Part shown: in pieces, positions 33,348 through 41,611 of the stretch
How positions within the stretch are numbered: the first letter of the stretch is position 1
Layout of the letters: the number at the start of each line of letters is the position of its first letter
Program-made: the position numbers and the translations under genes
Origin: Mycobacterium sp.
Lineage (GTDB): Bacteria; Actinomycetota; Actinomycetes; Mycobacteriales; Mycobacteriaceae
Assembly: GCA_049683355.1 (NCBI GenBank)
Contig: JBAUJB010000077.1
Span: 1-56,817 of the forward strand
Direction: 5' to 3'
DNA length: 56,817 nucleotides
The notes under the pieces: generated by a model
Databases searched by the model: none
Seen by the model: only the letters and a program-made list of their open reading frames with translations
What the model was told of the DNA's origin: nothing

Positions 33348-34402
33348 TGCGGGGAATGACCGTCGAGCCCGGCGCGCAGGACTCGCTGCGGGTGCAGGAC
33401 GTGGCCGATCCGCACCCAGGACCCGGCGAGTTACTGGTCGACGCCCTATCCGTCGGAGTCTGCGGAACCGACAGGGAGATTGCGACAGGCCAGTACGGTT
33501 GGGCACCGCCGCACCGCACGCGGTTGATACTCGGACACGAATCGTTGGGGCGGGTCGCCCGGACCGTGGCGGGCAGCGACTTCACCGTCGGCGACCTGGT
33601 CGCCGGCGTCGTCCGCCGCCCGGACCCGGTGCCGTGCGGAGCGTGCGCTCTAGGCGAGTTCGACATGTGCCGAAATGGCCGATACCGCGAGCGGGGCATC
33701 AAGGAGCTGGACGGCTACGGAAGCGAACAATGGTGTGTGGAAGCCGGTTACGCAACCAAGGTGGATCCCGAGCTGGAAAGCGTCGGCGTACTCATCGAAC
33801 CCACATCCGTCGTCGCCAAGGCATGGGAACAGGTCTACCGGGTGGGCGAGCGCAGCTGGTTCGAACCCCGGCGTGTCCTGGTCACCGGGGCAGGGCCGAT
33901 CGGGCTGCTCGCGGCACTCCTGGGGGTGCAGCGCGGGCTCGACGTACATGTCCTGGATCGGGTGACCGATGGTCCCAAGCCGGCATTGGTTAGATCGCTC
34001 GGGGCGACCTACCACCACGACCCCGTGGCCGAGGTGACCAGGCGATTGTGCCCCGATGTGGTCATCGAGGCCACCGGAGCCAGCCCGGTGGTCGTCGAAG
34101 TGATGTCCACTACCAGCAGCTATGGGGTGGTGTGTCTGACCGGCGTCTCCCCGGCTGGCCGGACTGTGCACCTCGACGTCGGCGCCTTGAACCGCGACAT
34201 CGTGCTGGAGAACGATGCGGTGGTGGGTTCGGTGAACGCCAACCTGCGTCACTACCGACACGCCGCGGATGCGCTGGCCAAGGCCGACATCGGCTGGCTG
34301 GAGGGGCTGATCAGCAGACGGGTGCCACTTCACCGGGCTCGAGAAGCATTCGAGCCCCGAGATGGTGATGTCAAGGTCGTCATCGACATCGAGGCCGCGT
34401 GA
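33347..34402 (+). CDS. Zn-dependent (MDR family) glucose 1-dehydrogenase
   Basis: GVCGTD, LGHES, VRRPDPVPCGAC...C, ERGI, GAGPIG, GSVNA. Confidence 0.88.
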   Translation: MRGMTVEPGAQDSLRVQDVADPHPGPGELLVDALSVGVCGTDREIATGQYGWAPPHRTRLILGHESLGRVARTVAGSDFTVGDLVAGVVRRPDPVPCGACALGEFDMCRNGRYRERGIKELDGYGSEQWCVEAGYATKVDPELESVGVLIEPTSVVAKAWEQVYRVGERSWFEPRRVLVTGAGPIGLLAALLGVQRGLDVHVLDRVTDGPKPALVRSLGATYHHDPVAEVTRRLCPDVVIEATGASPVVVEVMSTTSSYGVVCLTGVSPAGRTVHLDVGALNRDIVLENDAVVGSVNANLRHYRHAADALAKADIGWLEGLISRRVPLHRAREAFEPRDGDVKVVIDIEAA

Positions 34403-34403
34403 C

Positions 34404-36206
34404 ATGGCGCCGATCGAGGACTACGCGCTGCTGGGGGATCTTCAGACTGCCGCACTGGTGGGACGCGACGGTGCGATCGACTGGCTGTGTCTGCCCAACT
34501 TCGACTCATCCGCCTGCTTTGCGGCGCTTCTCGGCGGCGAGGCTGCGGGCAGTTGGCTTCTCGGACCGGCGACAGGTGGTGCGGCGACCCGACGTCGATA
34601 CCGGGGGGACACGCTGATCCTCGAAACCGAATGGGACACCCCCGACGGCACCGTGCGGCTGATCGACTTCATGCCCCCTCGTGGCAGGCAGGCCGACGTG
34701 GTTCGGATCGTCGAGGGCGTCACCGGCCGGGTGCCGATGCGGATGACGTTGCGACTGCGCTTCGACTATGGGCACATAGTGCCCTGGGTGCGGCGTGACG
34801 GCCAGGATCTTGCCGCGGTGGCCGGGCCTGATGCGGTCTGGTTTCGTACGCCGGTTCCAGTGCACGGCGAGGATCTCCAGAGCGTCGCTGGCTTCGAAGT
34901 CGCCGCAGGGCAACGGATCCCCTTCGTGCTGACCTACATGGAGTCTCACTTGCCCCGTCCTGAACCCGCCGACCCCGAGCGGGCGCTGGCCGAGACGGAA
35001 CGATTCTGGACCGACTGGATTGCGCGGTGCACCTACACCGGCCGATGGGCGACCGACGTGCGTCGGTCCTTGGTGTTGCTCAAGGCGCTGACCTATGCGC
35101 CCACCGGTGGAATCGTCGCGGCCGCGACCACGTCGCTGCCCGAAGAACTCGGAGGGTCCCGCAACTGGGATTACCGCTATTGCTGGCTACGCGACGCCAC
35201 CTTCACGCTGCAGGCGCTGCTGGGCACCGGATACGAAGCCGAAGCCAAGGCATGGCGGGAATGGCTGGTGCGGGCACTGGCCGGTGACCCAGCCGAGCTG
35301 AAGATCATGTACGGCCTCGACGGAAGTCGAAGGCTGCCCGAAGAGGAGCTGCCGTGGCTGTCGGGGTACGAGGGTTCGTTGCCCGTGCGCATCGGCAATG
35401 CCGCCGCCGATCAGTTCCAACTCGACGTCTGGGGCGAGGTGCTCGACGGTCTGCATTTGGGCCGGGAAGCAGGCTTGGAGGCGGATGACACCGCCTGGGA
35501 CATGCAGCGCGCGCTGCTCGACTATCTCGAAGGGCACTGGCGTGACCCCGACAACAGCCTGTGGGAGGTTCGCGGTCCACGCCGGGACTTCGTGCACTCG
35601 AAGGTGATGGCGTGGACCGGTGTGGACCGTGCAATCCACACTGTGGAGAACCATGGGTTGTCCGGGCCGGTGCAGCGGTGGCGGGCGCTACGCGAGCAGA
35701 TCCACTCTGAGGTGTGCGCCAACGGCTTTGACGCCCAACGTAATACCTTCACACAGCACTACGGATCGGCATCGCTCGACGCGGCCCTGCTGCTGATTCC
35801 ACGGGTGGGTTTCCTGGCGTGGGATGACGCGCGGGTGGTCGGCACCGTCGAGGCAGTGCAGGCAGAGTTGGGCCGCGACGGCCTGCTGCTGCGCTACGAA
35901 ACCAAACACGGAGTCGACGGTCTGCCCGGAACCGAGGGCGCATTCCTGGCGTGCACCTTCTGGCTCGTGGACGCCCTCGCCGGTATCGGGCGCACCGCCG
36001 AAGCCATCGCGCTGTTCGAGAGGTTGCTCACCCTGCGCAATGATGTCGGGCTGCTCAGCGAGGAGTACGACATCGCCGCGGGCCGCCAGCTGGGCAACAC
36101 CCCACAGGCATTCAGCATGGTCGGATTGATCAACTCGGCACGCGAACTGTCCGGCGTGCATACCGAGACCTCCGCACCGGCGTCGGCGCAGCATCTCCGC
36201 GAATAG
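34404..36206 (+). CDS. Glycoside hydrolase family 15 (trehalase/glucoamylase-like)
   Basis: IEDYALLGD, IDWLCLP.FDS, AAATTSLPE..GG.RNWDYRYCWLRD, SLWEVRG, LLSEEYD, GNTPQAFS. Confidence 0.93.
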   Translation: MAPIEDYALLGDLQTAALVGRDGAIDWLCLPNFDSSACFAALLGGEAAGSWLLGPATGGAATRRRYRGDTLILETEWDTPDGTVRLIDFMPPRGRQADVVRIVEGVTGRVPMRMTLRLRFDYGHIVPWVRRDGQDLAAVAGPDAVWFRTPVPVHGEDLQSVAGFEVAAGQRIPFVLTYMESHLPRPEPADPERALAETERFWTDWIARCTYTGRWATDVRRSLVLLKALTYAPTGGIVAAATTSLPEELGGSRNWDYRYCWLRDATFTLQALLGTGYEAEAKAWREWLVRALAGDPAELKIMYGLDGSRRLPEEELPWLSGYEGSLPVRIGNAAADQFQLDVWGEVLDGLHLGREAGLEADDTAWDMQRALLDYLEGHWRDPDNSLWEVRGPRRDFVHSKVMAWTGVDRAIHTVENHGLSGPVQRWRALREQIHSEVCANGFDAQRNTFTQHYGSASLDAALLLIPRVGFLAWDDARVVGTVEAVQAELGRDGLLLRYETKHGVDGLPGTEGAFLACTFWLVDALAGIGRTAEAIALFERLLTLRNDVGLLSEEYDIAAGRQLGNTPQAFSMVGLINSARELSGVHTETSAPASAQHLRE

Positions 36207-36218
36207 CACGCCACCGTC

Positions 36219-37598
36219 TCACGCGGGTGCCCAGCGGCGATCCAGCGCCTCCCGGACATGGTGGGCCAGTTGCTCCAATTTGCGGCGGTCGGTTCGGTCG
36301 AGGTCCTGCTCAGCGGCCGCTCTCTCCACACGGAGGAGTCGATCGGCAATGGCCTGGCGGTGTGCGGGCAGCACCACCACCCAGGCGAGTTCACGCAGCA
36401 TCGACAGCAGTCTGGCCAGCACCGCGGGATCGGAAGCGCCGTAGAGCTGCGGCTGGTCGCAGACCAGGTCGAGCAGGTCGGGCAGATCAGGACGGGCCAG
36501 CACCACCCGTGGCGCGTCGTCGCCGTCCCGGAGGGTGCAGGGTCCCAGGCGGTACCCGGCGAGTTCGCACAACATCGCGCTGCACGAATTCAGCCCGTGT
36601 ACCGCGGTCGTCGGATCATTGATCCCCGGGCTCAGCGCGCGCACGATAACGTCGACGAGCTGGCGGAGTCCGTAGGCGATGTCCTGGGTGGCGGTGCGCT
36701 CGACGCCGGTGCTCAGGGCGCCTGCTACCCGGTCGCGCACCGCGGCCAACTGCTCTTCGTCGAGCGAACCGGTCGCCGACCAGCAGAACGCCACCGGAAC
36801 CCCCGCCAGGACGTCGGACCCGACCGCGCGGTCGAGCCAGACGACTGCGCCGGCGTCGACTGCGGCCGCCAGCAGAGCCTGTTCGTCGACCTCGACGAGA
36901 AAGCCCGACGATCGAGCGGTGATCAACGACGCCCCCGGGGGCGGGGAGGGCGCCGATGCGTGGTCCGGGTGTTCGTCGAGTGGGTCGAGCACCCGGTGGG
37001 TGGTGTCCTTGACGTCGGCACAGACGTGCTCGAGCATCGTCTCGATCCGGATCTGGCGGACCAGATGACCGAGAAAAAGGACCAGCGCCAGCACGCTCGC
37101 CATTGCCAGCAGGTAGGCCAACGTGACGGCGATCTGCGGGACGAACTCCGCGCCCCCGTCGCTGTCGTTGCGTACGGTACGCAGCACCGTGAGCGCATAG
37201 ACGAAAGTCGCGAGGAACAGCGCGAGGGTGCGCTGGACGAACCGATCCGCTGCGAACGTCCGCAACAGCCGCGGCGTGTACTGGCTGCTGGCAAGCTGCA
37301 GAGTCACCACCGTCAGCGAGAAGGTCAGCGACGTCACGGTGATCAGCGACGTGGCGACCGCCCCGAGCACTTCCCGCGCCGCGTCGGCGCCACCACCGAA
37401 GATGTAGTCCGCCAACCGCGGCGGCATGCTCTCGTCGAGCACCCCGTCGACCTCAGGTACGGCGATTCCGGCGAGGAACGCAAGAATCACGCCCAGAGCG
37501 GGCACGGGCCACAGCCGGCTTCGCCAGGCGTCGACGAAGACGGTGCGCCGCTGCCGCACGGCCTCGATGAGCCCGCCGCCGCCCCCGTTGCCGCTCAC
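36219..37598 (-). CDS. DUF2254 family membrane protein
   Basis: FSLTVVTLQLASSQYTPRLL, ERTATQD..YG.RQLVD...RALSPGINDPTTA; start uncertain (GTG 37598 chosen). Confidence 0.88.
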   Translation of the reverse strand: MSGNGGGGGLIEAVRQRRTVFVDAWRSRLWPVPALGVILAFLAGIAVPEVDGVLDESMPPRLADYIFGGGADAAREVLGAVATSLITVTSLTFSLTVVTLQLASSQYTPRLLRTFAADRFVQRTLALFLATFVYALTVLRTVRNDSDGGAEFVPQIAVTLAYLLAMASVLALVLFLGHLVRQIRIETMLEHVCADVKDTTHRVLDPLDEHPDHASAPSPPPGASLITARSSGFLVEVDEQALLAAAVDAGAVVWLDRAVGSDVLAGVPVAFCWSATGSLDEEQLAAVRDRVAGALSTGVERTATQDIAYGLRQLVDVIVRALSPGINDPTTAVHGLNSCSAMLCELAGYRLGPCTLRDGDDAPRVVLARPDLPDLLDLVCDQPQLYGASDPAVLARLLSMLRELAWVVVLPAHRQAIADRLLRVERAAAEQDLDRTDRRKLEQLAHHVREALDRRWAPA

Positions 37599-37690
37599 CG
37601 GCGTCGACGTTCGACGATGTCCAGACGGGTCATCGGCGTCCCGGTGCGTGTCGATTCCGGACAACTTTTGATACGCATAGGGTGATCCAA

Positions 37691-37716
37691 GTACCCGAGA
37701 CACCCGGCGGCATACG
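37691..37716 (-). promoter_or_regulatory. SigF-type promoter for the DUF2254 unit
   Basis: CGTAT-N15-GGGTAC. Confidence 0.6.
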
Positions 37717-37777
37717 TTTTGCTGGAGTTCGTGCGCCGCTGTGCTTGCCCCGACCACCGCATGGGAGTCTTTGACGC

Positions 37778-39001
37778 GTGGAACTGGACATAGTGCTGGC
37801 CGCGGTCGGTGTCCTCGGGGTCGTGGTGGCGACGATGTCGGCGAAGATGCGGAGCCTGCCGATCTCGGAGCCCCTCCTCGGACTGGTCGCCGGTATCGTG
37901 CTGGGACCGCAGGTCGTTGGCGTGTTGGCGATGCCCACGCTGGTAGCCGAGCAGTCGTTGCTCCACGAGGTCAGCCGAGTACTGCTGGCGATTTCGGTGA
38001 TGGCGGTCGCGTTGCGCTATCCGTTCGGCGAGATCCGGCGGCACGTTCGCCCGGTTCTGATCCTGCTGCTGCTCGTTCTGCCGGTGATGGCCGTGGTGTC
38101 GGCGGGGCTGGGGTGGGCGATCCTCGGCATGCCGCTGGCGGCTGCCGCACTGTTCGGGGCGGCGATCAGTCCGACCGACCCGGTGCTGTCATCGAGTGTG
38201 GTCACCGGCGATGCCGCCGAGCGTGTCCTACCGGCCCGTGATCGCCAACTGCTCTCCGTCGAATCGGGCTCCAACGACGGCCTGGCGTTACCTCTTGTTC
38301 TGGTGGCGGTCACGATGGCCGGTGCGCTCACTCCGGGTGGTGCTCTCACCGAATCGGCATGGCAGGTGGGAGGCGGAGTGGTGCTCGGCGTGGGGATCGG
38401 CTGGCTGGGCGGACACGCACTCCGGTTGGGAGCGCGTCATGGTGCCACCGCCAGCGCGCCGTCGTTGTTCTTCACCGTGGTGCTGGCTCTGGGCATCCTC
38501 GGAGCCGCCGGCCTGCTGCACGTGGACGGCATCCTCGCCGTCTTCGTCGGCGGTGTCGCGTTCAACATCGTCGGCACCGGCCGCGAGCGGGCCTCCGAGG
38601 ACTCCGTCGACGAGGCGATAAACCGGTTTGCGGTGCTGCCGTTGTTCGTCCTGTTCGGCGCGGCGTTGCCCTGGCGGCAGTGGGTCGAACTCGGTTGGCA
38701 GGGCGTGGTGTTGGTGCTCGCGGTGCTGTTGCTGCGCCGGATCCCGATCGTGCTGCTGATGATGAGGCCCCTGAAGCTGCGGCTTCCTGACGCGCTGTAT
38801 CTGGGCTGGTTCGGCCCCGTCGGGGTGGCGGCGTTGTTCTACCTGACGATGGAGGCGGAGCGGCTCGGGGCGAACGAGCAGGTGCTGGCTGCGGGATCAC
38901 TTGTCCTGGCGGGCAGCACGATTGCCTTCGGTCTCACCGGCGTGTTCGGCCGGGAACTTTATCGTCGTGCGACGGCTCAGGCAGATGCGGCCGATCGGTG
39001 A
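37778..39001 (+). CDS. CPA1 cation:proton antiporter (NhaP/Nha1-like)
   Basis: SPTDPVL, ESGSNDGLALP, LGWFGPVGVAALFY; many TM helices. Confidence 0.9.
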   Translation: MELDIVLAAVGVLGVVVATMSAKMRSLPISEPLLGLVAGIVLGPQVVGVLAMPTLVAEQSLLHEVSRVLLAISVMAVALRYPFGEIRRHVRPVLILLLLVLPVMAVVSAGLGWAILGMPLAAAALFGAAISPTDPVLSSSVVTGDAAERVLPARDRQLLSVESGSNDGLALPLVLVAVTMAGALTPGGALTESAWQVGGGVVLGVGIGWLGGHALRLGARHGATASAPSLFFTVVLALGILGAAGLLHVDGILAVFVGGVAFNIVGTGRERASEDSVDEAINRFAVLPLFVLFGAALPWRQWVELGWQGVVLVLAVLLLRRIPIVLLMMRPLKLRLPDALYLGWFGPVGVAALFYLTMEAERLGANEQVLAAGSLVLAGSTIAFGLTGVFGRELYRRATAQADAADR

Positions 39002-40281
39002 CGCACGGCCCACCATTGAGCCACGACGATCGCGCCGGCGACGGCGACCGTGATGCCGAGGGTGAGAAGGTCGGAGCCGAACTTCATCACCACGAACGGC
39101 GCGAGCACCAGTAGGTCGAGCCCGATGGCCACCGCCGGCACCCAGATCTTGGCATCGACCTCGTCCCTGAGGTGACGGATGATTCCCCAGTGGATGGCGA
39201 TGTCCATCGACAGGTACAGCATCGCCCCGAGAGAGGCGATCTGGCTCAGGTCGAAGGCCGCCGCGGTCACGATGGCCAGCGCCGCCGTGATGAGCAGGGA
39301 TTGTCGGTTCACCGAGCCCGGCAACGCGGGAACCTGGCCCATCTGACGGAGCATGTCGTAGAGCCGGGAGACGGCGAACAGGCTGGCGACCAAACCGGAC
39401 AGGGTGGCGACGACGGCGATCGCGACCGTCAGCCACACTCCCCACCGCCCGAACAGCGGTGCGGCGGCCTCGGCGAGCGCGTAGTCCCGGGCCGCGATGA
39501 TCTCCGATACCGACAGGCTGCCGGCCACCGCCACCGCCAGCAGCAGGTAGATCACCGTGCACAACGCGATGGCGATCACGATCGAGCGGGCGATGTTTCG
39601 CTGCGGGTCGCGGACATCGTCGCCCTGGTTGGTGATCGTGGTGAACCCCTTGTAGGCGAGGATGCACAACGCGGTGCCGGCCAGGAACCCGATCCAGCCG
39701 TGGTCGGGCGGCGGCTGTCCGTCCCCACCGGTGAACAGCCGGGAGAACGCGGAGACCCCGGTCGCGGCGATGCCGGCGACGGCCAGGACGGCGATGCCGA
39801 CGAGCTTGATCAGAGCGGTCGCCGTGGCAGAGGTTTCCACCAACTGGTTGCCCACAAGATTCACCGTGGTCGCACCCACGATTGCCGTGACCGCGAGGAC
39901 GGGGACCCACACCGCCGAACCCTGCAGCCCGAACGGTTGCAGAAGGTAGGTGCCGAACGTACGCGCGAGCAGACTCTCGGCGAGCACCATCGACACGTAC
40001 ATGAACAACGAGAACGTCCCGGCGATCACCCCCGGCCCGTAGGCGGCCTTGAGCAGCATCGCGATCCCGCCGGACGAGGGATTCTCGCTCGAATACCGGG
40101 TATAGGAGTACGCACTGAACGCCACCACCACCGCAGCAGCGAGGAAGGCCCAGGGCACCCAGGAGCCGGCGAGCTCGGCGACCTGGCCGACCAGCGCGAA
40201 AATGCCTGCGCCGATCATCACACCGGTTCCGAGGGCGACCGAACCGGTCAGAGACAACTTCTTGTCCGGACCGTCGGTCAC
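38977..40281 (-). CDS. APC family amino acid permease
   Basis: GTGVMIGAGIFAL TM1 motif, PSSGG, LAYKGF, DPQRNIARSI. Confidence 0.9.
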   Translation of the reverse strand: MTDGPDKKLSLTGSVALGTGVMIGAGIFALVGQVAELAGSWVPWAFLAAAVVVAFSAYSYTRYSSENPSSGGIAMLLKAAYGPGVIAGTFSLFMYVSMVLAESLLARTFGTYLLQPFGLQGSAVWVPVLAVTAIVGATTVNLVGNQLVETSATATALIKLVGIAVLAVAGIAATGVSAFSRLFTGGDGQPPPDHGWIGFLAGTALCILAYKGFTTITNQGDDVRDPQRNIARSIVIAIALCTVIYLLLAVAVAGSLSVSEIIAARDYALAEAAAPLFGRWGVWLTVAIAVVATLSGLVASLFAVSRLYDMLRQMGQVPALPGSVNRQSLLITAALAIVTAAAFDLSQIASLGAMLYLSMDIAIHWGIIRHLRDEVDAKIWVPAVAIGLDLLVLAPFVVMKFGSDLLTLGITVAVAGAIVVAQWWAVRHRSAASA

Positions 40282-40763
40282 TCCGTGAGCCTGTCCAGTG
40301 TCCGGATGTAGGGCTTACGCTCGGCCGCCGTCAGCGGCGGAGCGAAGGCGACGACGATCGTATCCGTCCGGTACAGGCCGCGCGGTGCGGCATACCGTGC
40401 GGCGTCTTCGGCCGTCGGGAACGTCTTGATCCTGAGGGTGTCGGTGACGACCGACTGCTCGCAGCCGAGGTCGCGGCATTCCGTGTCTGTGTTGTCGAGC
40501 GGATCAGGGACCGCCAGACCAGCGTCTGCCAGCGCATTGACCATGCTGCGCGCGGTCCACGAAGTGGAGTTTCGATGGGCCAGCGGGTCGGCGGTCGCGC
40601 CGGACGGCGGTGTGGTCGACCCGGTGGGTGCGGGTGGCTCCGGTGCGGACGGTACGCATCCGGCGGCGGCGAGGGCCCCGGCGGTGAGCCACGCGGCAGC
40701 GACCGACAGCGGCCGGCCGCGGCGCTTGCCTCGCCGTTCTGTCGCTGCCGTCGGTCTGATGAT
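40278..40763 (-). CDS. Putative lipoprotein lacking a canonical start codon (ATC start, or pseudogene)
   Basis: Frame is open from TGA at 40787-40785. GGAGGAG RBS, then ATC at 40763, basic n-region, hydrophobic h-region, lipobox AAGC, Pro/Thr linker and a domain with a Cys pair. Stop overlaps the APC start. Confidence 0.6.
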   Translation of the reverse strand: MIRPTAATERRGKRRGRPLSVAAAWLTAGALAAAGCVPSAPEPPAPTGSTTPPSGATADPLAHRNSTSWTARSMVNALADAGLAVPDPLDNTDTECRDLGCEQSVVTDTLRIKTFPTAEDAARYAAPRGLYRTDTIVVAFAPPLTAAERKPYIRTLDRLTE

Positions 40764-40807
40764 CGGCCGCTCCTCCCCGTACGATCAGTCATTCTCTCCG
40801 TCGCGCC

Positions 40808-40834
40808 GTACCCGGGAAAAGCAGAGCGCAAACC
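40808..40834 (-). promoter_or_regulatory. SigF promoter for the lipoprotein-APC unit
   Basis: GGTTT-N16-GGGTAC, a full match to the mycobacterial SigF consensus. Confidence 0.75.
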
Positions 40835-40842
40835 CTTGCACG

Positions 40843-40902
40843 CCGAGCGTGCGCATTTGCACAGAATTCAGCGGCGTGTCGCGTGCACACATGCACGCTC
40901 GC
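40843..40902 (-). repeat. ~60-bp REP-like imperfect palindrome, copy 2
   Basis: CGAGCGTGC...GCACGCTCG terminal inverted repeat with internal CGGCGTGTCG; homologous to 29975-30035 in opposite orientation. Confidence 0.8.
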
Positions 40903-40918
40903 GGGGAAGGGGAAGGGG

Positions 40919-41611
40919 CTAGATGGCCATGGCGGCGCGGACGTCGTCCTCGGACGACGAACCACCGGTGCCGCTGGAGGTGACCCGGCCGGCCTCGATG
41001 ATGTAGTACTGCTGCGAGGACTCCAGCGCGAAGCCGATGTGCTGTTCGACCAGCAGGACACCGAGGTCCCCGCGCGCGGTCAGCGCGGTGATCGCTTCCT
41101 CGATCTCGCCGACCACCGACGGCTGGATGCCTTCGGTCGGCTCGTCGAGGATGAGGCATTTCGGCGTCGTGATCAGGGCACGCGCGATCGCGAGCTGCTG
41201 GCGCTGACCGCCGGAGAGCAGGCCGGCGCGCCGGGTCAGCAGCTCCTTGAGGGCGGGGAACAGATCGAGTTGCTCGTCGATCAGCTGCTTTCCGTTCTTG
41301 CGCCCGTCGGCGACCACCTGGAGATTCTCGGCTGTGGTCAGCTGCCCGAACGACTGCTGGCCCTGCGGGACATAGGCCAGCCCGCGGGCCACCCGTGCCG
41401 ACGGGCGCAGTTTGGTGATGTCCTGACCTTCGAACAGCACCTTGCCCGAATTGCACTTGAGCAGGCCCACCGCGGCGCGAAGCAGCGTCGTCTTTCCCGC
41501 ACCGTTGTGCCCCATTACCGCGGCCACCCCGTCGGTGGGCACCTCGATGCTCACCCCGTGGATGACCTCGGAGCGGCCGTACCCGCTGTGCACGTCGACC
41601 AGTTGCAGCAT
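40919..41611 (-). CDS. urtE: Urea ABC transporter ATP-binding subunit
   Basis: GHNGAGKTT, YVPQG, LSGGQRQQLAIARAL, LDEPTEGIQPS. Confidence 0.93.
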   Translation of the reverse strand: MLQLVDVHSGYGRSEVIHGVSIEVPTDGVAAVMGHNGAGKTTLLRAAVGLLKCNSGKVLFEGQDITKLRPSARVARGLAYVPQGQQSFGQLTTAENLQVVADGRKNGKQLIDEQLDLFPALKELLTRRAGLLSGGQRQQLAIARALITTPKCLILDEPTEGIQPSVVGEIEEAITALTARGDLGVLLVEQHIGFALESSQQYYIIEAGRVTSSGTGGSSSEDDVRAAMAI

